DNA of 64,000 nt from a virus: the IMG/VR virus record IMGVR_UViG_3300042731_011319, positions 45,723 to 109,722 of that record; one strand, 5' to 3'. Each line of letters begins with the position of its first letter. Position 1 is the first letter of the stretch. A program made the translations under genes and the position numbers. The notes beneath the pieces were generated by a model that searched no databases, was not told the DNA's origin, and was given only the letters and a program-made list of their open reading frames with translations. Shown in pieces: positions 55,136 through 64,000 of this stretch.

Positions 55136-57628
55136 TTAGCTAATTTTAATTAATGCTATACGAAATCCAACGTTGTTACTTTGGTTATCAGGTGTGCGGA
55201 TGGTGCGGTAGGCTGAACGCGAGTACGAGTCTGGATATTGCCACGAACCACCCCGCATGACCCGCTTATCGCCCGTAGCTGGACCCTCAGGATCTGTTTG
55301 AGCATCCGAACTGTACCAATCATACCAATCCGCCGTCCATTCAAAAACGTTCCCATGCATGTCAAAAAAGCCCCATGGGTTCGCACTGTAAGAACCTACA
55401 TCGGTAGTTTCATTTATCGTACCACCATAATTGGCATCGCTTGTACTGATCGTGTCTCCCGTCGAGTAAACCGTGGTGGTACCTGCCCGGCAGGCATACT
55501 CCCACTGAGCCTCGGTGGGCAATACATACGCCCACCCCGCAGAGATATTACCCGCCTCCTGTGCATTTAAACGGGTAAGGAATTTTTGAATATCATCATG
55601 TGAGACCTGCTCCACCGGACGATTGGGATTGCCAGAGAAGTTGCTCGGCGTGGCATTAAGTCCATCTGTATTCCCCGTCATCACCGCTTCGTACTGGGCC
55701 TGTGTAACCTCATATTTTCCCAAGTAAAAACCTTCAGTTAGGGTAACAGCGTGCGGTGAAGCATAATTGATATCATTTTGCCCCATGGTAAAAGTACCAG
55801 GTTCTACCCAGAGCATTTCCAGATTTTTATCAGTTTCATTTAGAGCTAAAGGTGCGGTATATTCGGTGGCAATAGGTTCTGCTACAACTACATCCTCAGC
55901 AGGCATAGAAAATGTTTTAAAAGGTCCATCTTCTGTAAGGGTAATCTCTTGAGACGAAGATTTACCCTTTGCAGATGCAATGTTTCCGCTGACATAGACC
56001 TCATCATTCTCCTTGTATAAAGGATAAATCGCTGGTGGGTTGTCGGTTGGATCAATTTCGGTACTATTCATAACAGAATAACCACCATTGGAGGGCCATG
56101 CATTCGGTGCAGTGTAAATTACATTTTCCATATAACCACCATTGGTTACTCCATTATACGCATTTGACCCGCAAAATAAGTAACCATAGGTTAGGAACAT
56201 TGGATGGCGCCTAGTTATAACTAGGTATTTATGACCTAAAAAGAAATCAGATATGGAGTTCAGCTGCATACTATTTGAGTTCAGTGCACCATAATTAGAG
56301 TAACTACCATAGCTAAGAACTCTTGTGGGATGGAATTGATTGTCGGGATATGAGACCTGCTCAATTTCCTTCCCTTGGCCTAACTGACCGTCTCTACCTT
56401 CGCCAAAAGTATATAAGAAAGTATCCTTTCCTAGGATGTAACTATTTCCATCCTGAACTCCAATTTTAATTGCATTTGTAAAAACTTCTATATCTTCAAA
56501 TGTTGCTGGGAAATCACCATAACTGCCGCTTTCCATAGGTGCCATAACTGGAGTTGCGTAATTTACGGGAAAAACAGAAGAGGAAATCCTTGACCCGTAC
56601 CCACATGCACCCCGGTAAGCACTATCGGAACATGTAGAATAAACCGTTCCATCCTTCTTTAAATAAAGAGCATGTTTAACACCTGCGGCAACATCAACAA
56701 TATCGCTAAGTAAATGCTCGTTAGTAAACCTCATTCCATCGCCACCTTGAGACCGCAATGCCTCTGCTACATTTAGTGTATCATCAGTTAAGTGACTACC
56801 CTTTTCATTCTTGCCAGCCTTATATACATTGCCATCTTTCGTTATAAAGAAAACGGTACGCCTAGCAGAGCATGCATGAATTTTTACAATGTTAGTTATA
56901 GGAACTGCTGTCGACTGATCGGCTGTTCCTAAATTGTCTATATGGTAGCACATTACATCTACGGGATAAGTGGTTACCGCATTCGCCCCGTTATCAATTA
57001 ATTCAGTGGCACGACCAACCTGCACTACAGTTCCATCTTTTTTTAAAATAAAGGTGGATTCATTAAAAATTGCAACATCTACAACATCCGTAATTGGCAC
57101 TATTGTATTACCCACCATTTCGTGTGACATGTAGTAATATCCAGATTCTATGCATTGCCTAGGGTGACATACATGAGATTCATCTATTGGCGAATTAGTT
57201 GTTCCATCAGGCACATGCAGTTCTACATGACTAAATGTACTTAACGAATCGTCGCTCCATCCCAGTGCCAACTGCCCATAATTATTTCTTCCACAAGCAT
57301 ATAGGTTACCCTGTTTGGTAATGAAAAATGTTGAAGTTCCTGCATTTCTTACAGATACAACATCTGCAGGATTAAATTCAGTAAGAGCAGTATAATTTAT
57401 ATGATCTTTGTCCGAGTAAAATATTCCATGTTCAGCAGGTAGAACTGGAGCTTCCCATACAGTATTAACATCAGTGCCGTGCGAGGAATCTGATGCGTAG
57501 TCGTACCCAACGCCAAGTGTGCCGTACTGATTAAGCCCGCTCGCAATTACCTGTCCTCCGCCGATGCGGATATGCCTACCATCCCTTGCGGTTATAGTGT
57601 TTATGTTAATACTGTTATTTAAGCTCAT
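55136..57628 (-). CDS. RCC1/BLIP-II repeat protein with C-terminal FGE-sulfatase (CLec-fold) domain
   Basis: G.N.YGQL repeats; EMLWVEPGTFTMG, YEVTQAQY, LPTEAQWEYACRAG, DMHGNVFEW, RGGSW...R...GFR. Confidence 0.9.
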   Translation of the reverse strand: MSLNNSININTITARDGRHIRIGGGQVIASGLNQYGTLGVGYDYASDSSHGTDVNTVWEAPVLPAEHGIFYSDKDHINYTALTEFNPADVVSVRNAGTSTFFITKQGNLYACGRNNYGQLALGWSDDSLSTFSHVELHVPDGTTNSPIDESHVCHPRQCIESGYYYMSHEMVGNTIVPITDVVDVAIFNESTFILKKDGTVVQVGRATELIDNGANAVTTYPVDVMCYHIDNLGTADQSTAVPITNIVKIHACSARRTVFFITKDGNVYKAGKNEKGSHLTDDTLNVAEALRSQGGDGMRFTNEHLLSDIVDVAAGVKHALYLKKDGTVYSTCSDSAYRGACGYGSRISSSVFPVNYATPVMAPMESGSYGDFPATFEDIEVFTNAIKIGVQDGNSYILGKDTFLYTFGEGRDGQLGQGKEIEQVSYPDNQFHPTRVLSYGSYSNYGALNSNSMQLNSISDFFLGHKYLVITRRHPMFLTYGYLFCGSNAYNGVTNGGYMENVIYTAPNAWPSNGGYSVMNSTEIDPTDNPPAIYPLYKENDEVYVSGNIASAKGKSSSQEITLTEDGPFKTFSMPAEDVVVAEPIATEYTAPLALNETDKNLEMLWVEPGTFTMGQNDINYASPHAVTLTEGFYLGKYEVTQAQYEAVMTGNTDGLNATPSNFSGNPNRPVEQVSHDDIQKFLTRLNAQEAGNISAGWAYVLPTEAQWEYACRAGTTTVYSTGDTISTSDANYGGTINETTDVGSYSANPWGFFDMHGNVFEWTADWYDWYSSDAQTDPEGPATGDKRVMRGGSWQYPDSYSRSAYRTIRTPDNQSNNVGFRIALIKIS

Positions 57629-60600
57629 TCTGATTCAACTGTGAAAAGTGTGGTGTTTCTATAGCTTGCTGATATATTTACCGAGCCTGGAGCTGTAGGC
57701 ATTGTGAACGTAACAGGATTGCTTGTTGATGTGCCAATACCAGGAACATTAGTCCACTGAACGAATTCATAATCTGTGGGCGGTGTAGCAGTTAATGTAA
57801 TCTGTGATCCGCTTGTATATGTTCCCGTTTCACTCAAATCAGAAGTTATCGAATAATCAAAACTAGAGTTTACTGTAATTGGTAACTTGGGAGCCGTTCC
57901 ATCCACATATCCATCTTCTGGCTCGGTATCAAATCCAGTATAAGAGACACCTATATCCTGGGCGGATTCACTTGCTATAATCGATCTATATGACAATATT
58001 GGGGAATTAGGTGCCTCACTAAACCTCCATTTGTACTCAAATACATGGTGCTTATGAGGAATATTATCATAGTAGCCACCGCCTTCAATATAAAGACCTC
58101 CAGGTTGCCCAGTATACTGATCAGCATCAGCAACATTTGGGATTGGGTAAATTTTAAAGTCTTGAAGAAACCCATAATGTTCCTGAGAGTCGTTACCCAA
58201 TATTCCAACATACGCCTGTGTGGACTCAGCAACCATTTCATATCCCTCTCTACCCAAACTAAATCCCCCAGTAAATATGAACCCAAATGCGGGATCGTCA
58301 TATTTTGAAAGATACGCCATAGATGTACTGGTTCGGCTTCCAGTATACCAAGCACCGTCTTCACCATTTGCATTTGCAACATATACTCGTATTGTAGTTA
58401 CAACATCACGGTACTGAATCTCACTCCCCCACCTAGTATCCGGCAAGTTAGTGGTAGTGAACTCCCAGTCTGAAAGTGTTATCCCAGGAAATGACTCACT
58501 TGTCGTAAAACTGGAAGGAATTACAAAATAATTCATGGCTGGAGCTCCATTCGCTACATAATTCGCCGTTACAGTAACATCGCTTGACGGCATCGTAAAC
58601 TTTACAGCATTTGTATTGGCGTTCGTGCTGTCCACAAATGTAACACTAGGGCTAAACGACCAAGATGAAAACTCGTATCCCGATGGCGCAGTAGCTCCAA
58701 GTGTTACGGTTGAGCCTGGAGCATAACTATCCCCTCCGATTTCTTCACCATCTCCACTTACGGTTACTGCATAAGTAATTAGTGTATAATTGGCGGTTGC
58801 AGTAACATCGCTTGACGGCATCGTAAACTTTACAGCATTTGTATTGGCGTTCGTGCTGTCCACAAATGTAACACTAGGGCTAAACGACCAAGATGAAAAC
58901 TCATACCCCGATGGCGCAGTAGCTCCAAGTGTTACGGTTGAGCCTGGAGTATAATCATTCCCTCCGGTCTCCTCACCATCTCCACTGACGGTTACCGTAT
59001 AAGTATTTTGTGTATAACTCGCCAACAAAGTTACATTTTCTGATGGCATAGTTAAATTAAAAACATTATTACCTACAGGGTCTTCAGTGACCGCCACAGG
59101 ATTGCTGCTTGTGTCTCCTGATGCGGATATTGAAACGAGGGAATGATCCGGCTGAGGTAATATTGCAAACGAAAGTATTTTTCCTTCATTTGATAAAATA
59201 ATTCCAGATAATTGTAAGTCACTTATATTTGATTGTATAGGATTTTTATTCGTCGAACCACCACTAGTGCCGTTTCCTAATTGGTCAAAATCATTTGAAC
59301 CCGAAGCCCATGCATTGCTATCGCTTTTTAAATATGCCGCATGACTTCCGCCTGCCGATATTCCGACCACTCCGTTAAATATAGAATTATCCACATTAGT
59401 TACCTGCACTGGATTGTTTCGATCCGTAGTTGTACCATCTCCTAATTGGCCTTTGATATTTAAACCAGCTGCCCAAACCGTGGTATCGCTCTTCGAATAC
59501 AACGTGTGATAATTTCCTGCCTCTACCGCTATAACATCAGTAAAATCAGTCGTGTTTATATTCTTTACTTGGGTAGGATAATTTCTATCCGTGGTTGTAC
59601 CATCTCCTAATTGGCCAAAATTATTTCTTCCGGCCGCCCACACTGTACCATCATTCTTTAAATACAGGGTATGATAACTTCCTGCAGATATTCCTACAAT
59701 TTCGCTCAGAACAGTACCATCTGCATGCTTCACCTGTACCGGATTGTACCTTGCGTTTTGGGTACCGTCCCCTAATTGGCCGTAAGTATTCGTTCCTGTC
59801 GCCCACACCGTGCCATCACTCTTTAAATACACCGTGTAATTCGATCCTGCCGCTATCTCTATAACATCAGTAAAATCATTTCCATTTTGGTTTTTCACCT
59901 GAATAGGGCTGTCATAGCTATCAGTCGTACCGTCACCCAATCCGCCATAATTACCATAACCTACCGCCCACACCGTACCATCACTTTTCAAATACACCGT
60001 GTGAAACTCACCTGCTGATACCGCAACTACTTTGTTAAATTCAGCACCATCCGCATGTTTCACCTGTACGGGATTATTTCTTTGTGTTTTGCTACCGTCT
60101 CCTAATTGCCCGCTATTATTCCTTCCCACTGCCCACACCGTACCATTGCTCTTCAAATACACTGCGTGATTATAGCCTGCTTCTACCTGTATAATATCAG
60201 TAAAATCAGTTGCGTCTAGATTTTTCACTTGAGTGGGATTATTTGTATTCGTGGTTGTACCGTTTCCTAATTGTCCGTAATAATTATGACCCACTGCCCA
60301 AGCGGAACCATTCTCCCTTAAATATACTGTGTAATTGTTTCCTGCGGAGATAGATTTTGTACCTTGAAGAACTCCACCTGTGATGTCACTAGTCATACTG
60401 TAGATATTAGCTTTAAACTCCACGTTAAGTACAGGGGCACTTGTTGCACCGCTGGGCATCGTAAATTTAAAGTTTGGAGCGGTCGGATCAGGATCAACTG
60501 TAACAGCAACACTATTAACAGTTACTGTAACCGTATCGATTTCTTGTCCAGATGGTATATCAGTAACCGTAAATTTTACAACCTCACCGGCTTCTACATT

Positions 60601-63600
60601 TCCATCGGTTGGCTGAGTATAATTAATATTGGCATGTGTTGGCAGGTCGTAAACCGCTACATAATTCGCGGTTGCGGTAACATCGCTTGACGGCATCGTA
60701 AACTGCACATCATTTGTATTGGCATTCGTGCCGTCCACAAATGTAACGCCAGTATCAAACGACCAAGATGAAAACTCGTATCCCGATAGTGCAGTGGCTC
60801 CAAGTGTTACGGTTGAGCCTGGAGCATAAGTACCACCTCCAGCCTCTGTACCGTCTCCATCTACGGTTACTGTATAAGTAACTAGTTCATAATTCGCGGT
60901 TGCGGTAACAGCTCGTGCTGGCATTCTAAACTGAACAAGACTCATAGTAGCATCTACTCCATCTTCAAATGCGACAGGAGTACTAAATGTCCAAGATGAA
61001 AACTCTTGCCCTACCACTGGTTCAGTAATTCCAATTGTTACGGTTGAGCCTTCTGCATAATCACCAGCACCAAATAATATACCGCCCCCACTCAAAGATA
61101 GGGTATAAGTGATTAAAGATTGACTGGGGTCTTCAGGATATGCATCAAACTCATCATCTACTCCATCTCCATCTGAGTCAGCTCCAGATGCACGATTTGG
61201 ATCTATTGGGTAAATATCCTCTAAGTCAGAAACCCCATCTCCGTCATCATCCGCATCGTAAATATCTGGAATTCCATCACTATCTGTATCTGCAATAGGT
61301 GATAATTTTGTACCCGATGGTATCGATTCGGAAACAACCGTATTTGATGGGGCATAGTAACTTTTTCCTCCGATTGTTACTAATACCCAATCCTGATAAG
61401 GAACAAGTGATAATGGATATATATATCCAGTTTCTTCCCCTAATGATCCCCATGCATAATAAGTCTCAACTGGATTTGCAGGATCATCGATTGGCGATGT
61501 CGGGAAATCTTCAGATGGAGATGTTCCCTCGCCATTGCCCGTGGATGGCCCTAGAGCAACTGCAGTAACAGTTATTTTCCCATTCATTGATGCATGATTT
61601 GAGCATACATATGTATACTCTCCTGGAGTAGTTGGGTTAAAGGTGTAGTTCCCTTCAGCGTCAACACTACCAACCACATTGCCCCCTGAGTCTTTTATCT
61701 GTATTGGATGACTTGAGTGAACTAAATTATCAAACACGAATGTATCTCCTACCGCAAGTGTTAGGGTTGGATTTCCAACAGATCCATCATTTTCCCCGCC
61801 TGTGAAATAATAATTGGCACCATCTCCGCCCACTGAAAGGTCGGTGGTTGTCTCACCTTCCATGTAATAAGTTATACCATCTATGGTTTTCGAGATGGGA
61901 TTGCTTAGTCCAAATGCATTAAGGTAAACAGGGTAATAGTAACCTAGCCCTTCATTGCCGTATCCATATACTTGGTAAGCATCGTTGGTTATTGTTTCAG
62001 TTACCTCTCCAGTTGATGAAAGCGCACCTACTCCAGCACCCCCATCAGTTCCCCCGCCAAGGTAGGCCTGAGTAATTGCACCGGATATAATTGAGGATCC
62101 ATCCCCGGTATATGTAGCATCTACATGACTAGATGCGGAGGATGCGTTAATTAAGTCTGCAATTTGTTTCTCGGTGTATGTTGAAAGGTCATTGGATAAT
62201 CTTACCGTTATAATCCCGGTTTCTGGATCAAATATCACCTGATCGGATTCTGCCCCGCCTTCTATTGTAACACTAATACCAGAATTTGCACCATTGGTCT
62301 TAGAGGTAATAGTAAGATTGCCAATTGTGAGAACATCAGGAGTTGAGGCCTGCGGTGCAATAGTTGTACCAAATGAAATACCTTGCCCCTCCTGGGTGCC
62401 ATCATAGTTGCCTAAATATCTATTCACGCCGGTTGGCATGTAGTAGAGCTTACCATTGAATACATGCTCTGTGTAGCCACCATCCCCCACTCCTTCAGCA
62501 ACTGTCTTATCAAAATACAAAGGATAATAGCCATCTACTGATGTAAGCCTAGTATCCGTATCAATCATGTAGTATGTAGCTCCATCAATAACCACAGGTA
62601 TTGAATCTACTGGACGGCCTTCTTTGTCTCTAGCTGGAGGGGAGTTATATAATGGGTAATAGTATCCCAGTCCTTGTGGTCCATTTCCGTATGCCCAGAA
62701 ACTATCATCTTTATTATCAAGGGCATTAATGATTCCATCTAAGTCATCATCTGAAAGAGGCATGTTAGGCATATCTGGTTTAACATCGGATACTATGGTG
62801 CTACCAGTGGTGTAATAAGTTTGTCCATTTATCTTAACTTTACGGTAGGATCCTGGAGTAAGTCCGTTAGGTGTAACATATAATGGAGATATGTACCCTT
62901 TTTTATTGTGATCAACTTCCTGGCCTGATCCGGCTGGGCTTTTTAGTCTTATCTTTCTACCAGCAGGGTGCCTCTTAGTAAGAGCTGATGAAAACTGTAT
63001 TGACCCAAAACCGCTAATTACGGCATCTTCCTTTTGCTCAATAGGAACAAAACTAGCTTCTGTAGTGCCAAAAGCAGCATACAATGTATTTCCGTAGTAA
63101 GTAGAAGATGGGCTAACCCAATAGCTTATATTTGGGTCACCCCACCAATCTATTGCCTGGGTTATATTTACATGCATAGTACCTCTTGCCCTTAATTCTG
63201 TGCCCTCAAGAACTATCCAAACATGACCCTCTAGCCCCGTGTCAAATTGATTGCTTGTGTAATATGTGCCATCTTCCCTGATTCTTTGAATAAGCCAGCC
63301 ATTCAAGGTGGAAGAAATCACCTCAAATCGTTCACTTGGCCCAGGAGAATAACTTCCTCCACGTGGATTTGTCAGTCCCCCTCTCGCATTGACTATTGAG
63401 CCCACAACTATTTCGCCAGTTCCCCATGTATCTGTTCCATCAATTCTTATCTCTGGCAACCTAAGGAACGGTGCGCTTGAGTATTCAGCGATAAATTTTG
63501 TATAAATGTGACCTTCAGCAAATGTATAGAGAACATAATGAGAAGAACCTCCTACGTTTACTGTTGTTTCTGGATTAGTTATTGAGGAATCGGATGATAG

Positions 63601-64000
63601 GCTAAGTGTATCTCCAACCAGGAAATAACTAGAATCATCAATTTGAATTTCTGTATCACCTATTTCAGCATCTTCTGTCATTGTTGCAAATGAATCAGAT
63701 GTATTTCCATGAACATAATAGGAGTCGCCCGATCCTGGGGCTACTAGCACATCATCTATACCATCTTCGTCAGAGTCTACGCCACTAACACTAGCATCAG
63801 TATCATCAGAATCTATAGGTGCGTAAACACCATCTCCGTCAGTATCTACACCATCAGATGTAGCTCGAAATGGACTGTCAGGGTATTGGTCAATTAGATC
63901 ATCGAACCCATCACCGTCTGTATCAGTGTCAGTGTCAAATTCATCGTCTATTCCATCACCGTCTGTATCAGTCCCAGATGAGCGAAGCGGGTCATTGGGA
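57625..64000 (-). CDS. giant mosaic adhesin / virion fibre (>2120 aa; 5' end beyond window)
   Basis: Frame stays open from 63750 to the window edge (PNDPLRSSGTDTDGDGIDDEF...). Contains TSP3-like DxDxDG repeats, GYYYPLY repeats, a cupredoxin-like domain, InlB-B-like repeats and an RCC1 propeller. Confidence 0.88.
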   Translation of the reverse strand, partial: PNDPLRSSGTDTDGDGIDDEFDTDTDTDGDGFDDLIDQYPDSPFRATSDGVDTDGDGVYAPIDSDDTDASVSGVDSDEDGIDDVLVAPGSGDSYYVHGNTSDSFATMTEDAEIGDTEIQIDDSSYFLVGDTLSLSSDSSITNPETTVNVGGSSHYVLYTFAEGHIYTKFIAEYSSAPFLRLPEIRIDGTDTWGTGEIVVGSIVNARGGLTNPRGGSYSPGPSERFEVISSTLNGWLIQRIREDGTYYTSNQFDTGLEGHVWIVLEGTELRARGTMHVNITQAIDWWGDPNISYWVSPSSTYYGNTLYAAFGTTEASFVPIEQKEDAVISGFGSIQFSSALTKRHPAGRKIRLKSPAGSGQEVDHNKKGYISPLYVTPNGLTPGSYRKVKINGQTYYTTGSTIVSDVKPDMPNMPLSDDDLDGIINALDNKDDSFWAYGNGPQGLGYYYPLYNSPPARDKEGRPVDSIPVVIDGATYYMIDTDTRLTSVDGYYPLYFDKTVAEGVGDGGYTEHVFNGKLYYMPTGVNRYLGNYDGTQEGQGISFGTTIAPQASTPDVLTIGNLTITSKTNGANSGISVTIEGGAESDQVIFDPETGIITVRLSNDLSTYTEKQIADLINASSASSHVDATYTGDGSSIISGAITQAYLGGGTDGGAGVGALSSTGEVTETITNDAYQVYGYGNEGLGYYYPVYLNAFGLSNPISKTIDGITYYMEGETTTDLSVGGDGANYYFTGGENDGSVGNPTLTLAVGDTFVFDNLVHSSHPIQIKDSGGNVVGSVDAEGNYTFNPTTPGEYTYVCSNHASMNGKITVTAVALGPSTGNGEGTSPSEDFPTSPIDDPANPVETYYAWGSLGEETGYIYPLSLVPYQDWVLVTIGGKSYYAPSNTVVSESIPSGTKLSPIADTDSDGIPDIYDADDDGDGVSDLEDIYPIDPNRASGADSDGDGVDDEFDAYPEDPSQSLITYTLSLSGGGILFGAGDYAEGSTVTIGITEPVVGQEFSSWTFSTPVAFEDGVDATMSLVQFRMPARAVTATANYELVTYTVTVDGDGTEAGGGTYAPGSTVTLGATALSGYEFSSWSFDTGVTFVDGTNANTNDVQFTMPSSDVTATANYVAVYDLPTHANINYTQPTDGNVEAGEVVKFTVTDIPSGQEIDTVTVTVNSVAVTVDPDPTAPNFKFTMPSGATSAPVLNVEFKANIYSMTSDITGGVLQGTKSISAGNNYTVYLRENGSAWAVGHNYYGQLGNGTTTNTNNPTQVKNLDATDFTDIIQVEAGYNHAVYLKSNGTVWAVGRNNSGQLGDGSKTQRNNPVQVKHADGAEFNKVVAVSAGEFHTVYLKSDGTVWAVGYGNYGGLGDGTTDSYDSPIQVKNQNGNDFTDVIEIAAGSNYTVYLKSDGTVWATGTNTYGQLGDGTQNARYNPVQVKHADGTVLSEIVGISAGSYHTLYLKNDGTVWAAGRNNFGQLGDGTTTDRNYPTQVKNINTTDFTDVIAVEAGNYHTLYSKSDTTVWAAGLNIKGQLGDGTTTDRNNPVQVTNVDNSIFNGVVGISAGGSHAAYLKSDSNAWASGSNDFDQLGNGTSGGSTNKNPIQSNISDLQLSGIILSNEGKILSFAILPQPDHSLVSISASGDTSSNPVAVTEDPVGNNVFNLTMPSENVTLLASYTQNTYTVTVSGDGEETGGNDYTPGSTVTLGATAPSGYEFSSWSFSPSVTFVDSTNANTNAVKFTMPSSDVTATANYTLITYAVTVSGDGEEIGGDSYAPGSTVTLGATAPSGYEFSSWSFSPSVTFVDSTNANTNAVKFTMPSSDVTVTANYVANGAPAMNYFVIPSSFTTSESFPGITLSDWEFTTTNLPDTRWGSEIQYRDVVTTIRVYVANANGEDGAWYTGSRTSTSMAYLSKYDDPAFGFIFTGGFSLGREGYEMVAESTQAYVGILGNDSQEHYGFLQDFKIYPIPNVADADQYTGQPGGLYIEGGGYYDNIPHKHHVFEYKWRFSEAPNSPILSYRSIIASESAQDIGVSYTGFDTEPEDGYVDGTAPKLPITVNSSFDYSITSDLSETGTYTSGSQITLTATPPTDYEFVQWTNVPGIGTSTSNPVTFTMPTAPGSVNISASYRNTTLFTVESE
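58557..59004 (-). repeat. near-identical 228-bp tandem duplication (76-aa InlB-B-like beta-grasp repeat); more copies at about 60659-61110
   Basis: agtaacatcgcttgacggcatcgtaaac... at 58573 and 58801; a similar unit near 60677. Confidence 0.9.
59250..60350 (-). repeat. RCC1-like repeats, about 180-bp period
   Basis: AG..HT.YLK.DGTVWA.G.N..GQLGDGT...NP.QVK repeated about six times. Confidence 0.9.

Noticed and set aside
58557-60880. Near-identical repeats as a DGR template/variable pair
   Set aside because: All copies are in-frame coding units, differences are not adenine-specific, and no RT is present
1680-61568. Many short antisense or alternate-frame ORFs in the track (e.g. 1680, 2901, 7306, 13352, 43067, 57975, 60364)
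   Set aside because: They lie inside well-supported genes, have no recognisable motifs and no upstream signals
1-64000. Stop-codon reassignment, as in some jumbo phages
   Set aside because: Conserved genes are full length in the standard code and end in TAA, TGA and TAG
1-64000. Giant eukaryotic virus or bacterial chromosome as the source
   Set aside because: DnaE, DnaB, DnaG, RecA, SSB, sigma70 and -35/-10 promoters argue against an NCLDV. Divergent clustered replication genes, fibre and holin-like genes and no housekeeping operons argue against a chromosome, although no capsid or terminase gene is in the window.

Overview
This AT-rich, gene-dense 64-kb window most likely comes from a large (jumbo-type) tailed bacteriophage. 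The class Ic-type RNR and the Opitutales-like FGE/RCC1 domains suggest a marine Verrucomicrobia/PVC host (inference). From left to right: (1) 1-13.7 kb (-) is a bacterial-type replication module with a Pol III split into catalytic core, DnaQ and PHP genes, plus a PD-(D/E)XK nuclease, DnaG, DnaB and RecA, interleaved with two 2OG-Fe(II) oxygenases and a tail-fibre-like gene. (2) 14.6-37.9 kb (-) is a 30-ORF glycan island with a GDP-mannose 3,5-epimerase, many GT families, several fucosyltransferase-like genes including NodZ-like, six sulfotransferases, methyltransferases and an embedded MORC-like GHKL ATPase; no exporter is present. (3) 38-47.5 kb (-) holds a J-domain protein, nrdB/nrdA, a NUDIX hydrolase, a membrane-anchored subtilase, and gmd/fcl/epimerase. 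(4) 47.7-55.1 kb (+) holds a sigma factor, SSB, GT4/GT9 genes and putative Whirly-like and Rad52-like proteins. (5) 55.1-64 kb (-) holds an RCC1-FGE protein and a >2100-aa mosaic adhesin that runs off the window. Two cis-regulatory classes are visible directly: sigma70 promoters placed for leaderless mRNAs, and a GTGTA motif 9-12 nt upstream of 11 start codons. Three small ORFs missed by the ORF track are present, including a cationic poly-proline peptide immediately upstream of the glycan island. No tRNA, CRISPR array, integrase or reverse transcriptase was seen. All family calls come from motif recognition, not database searches.
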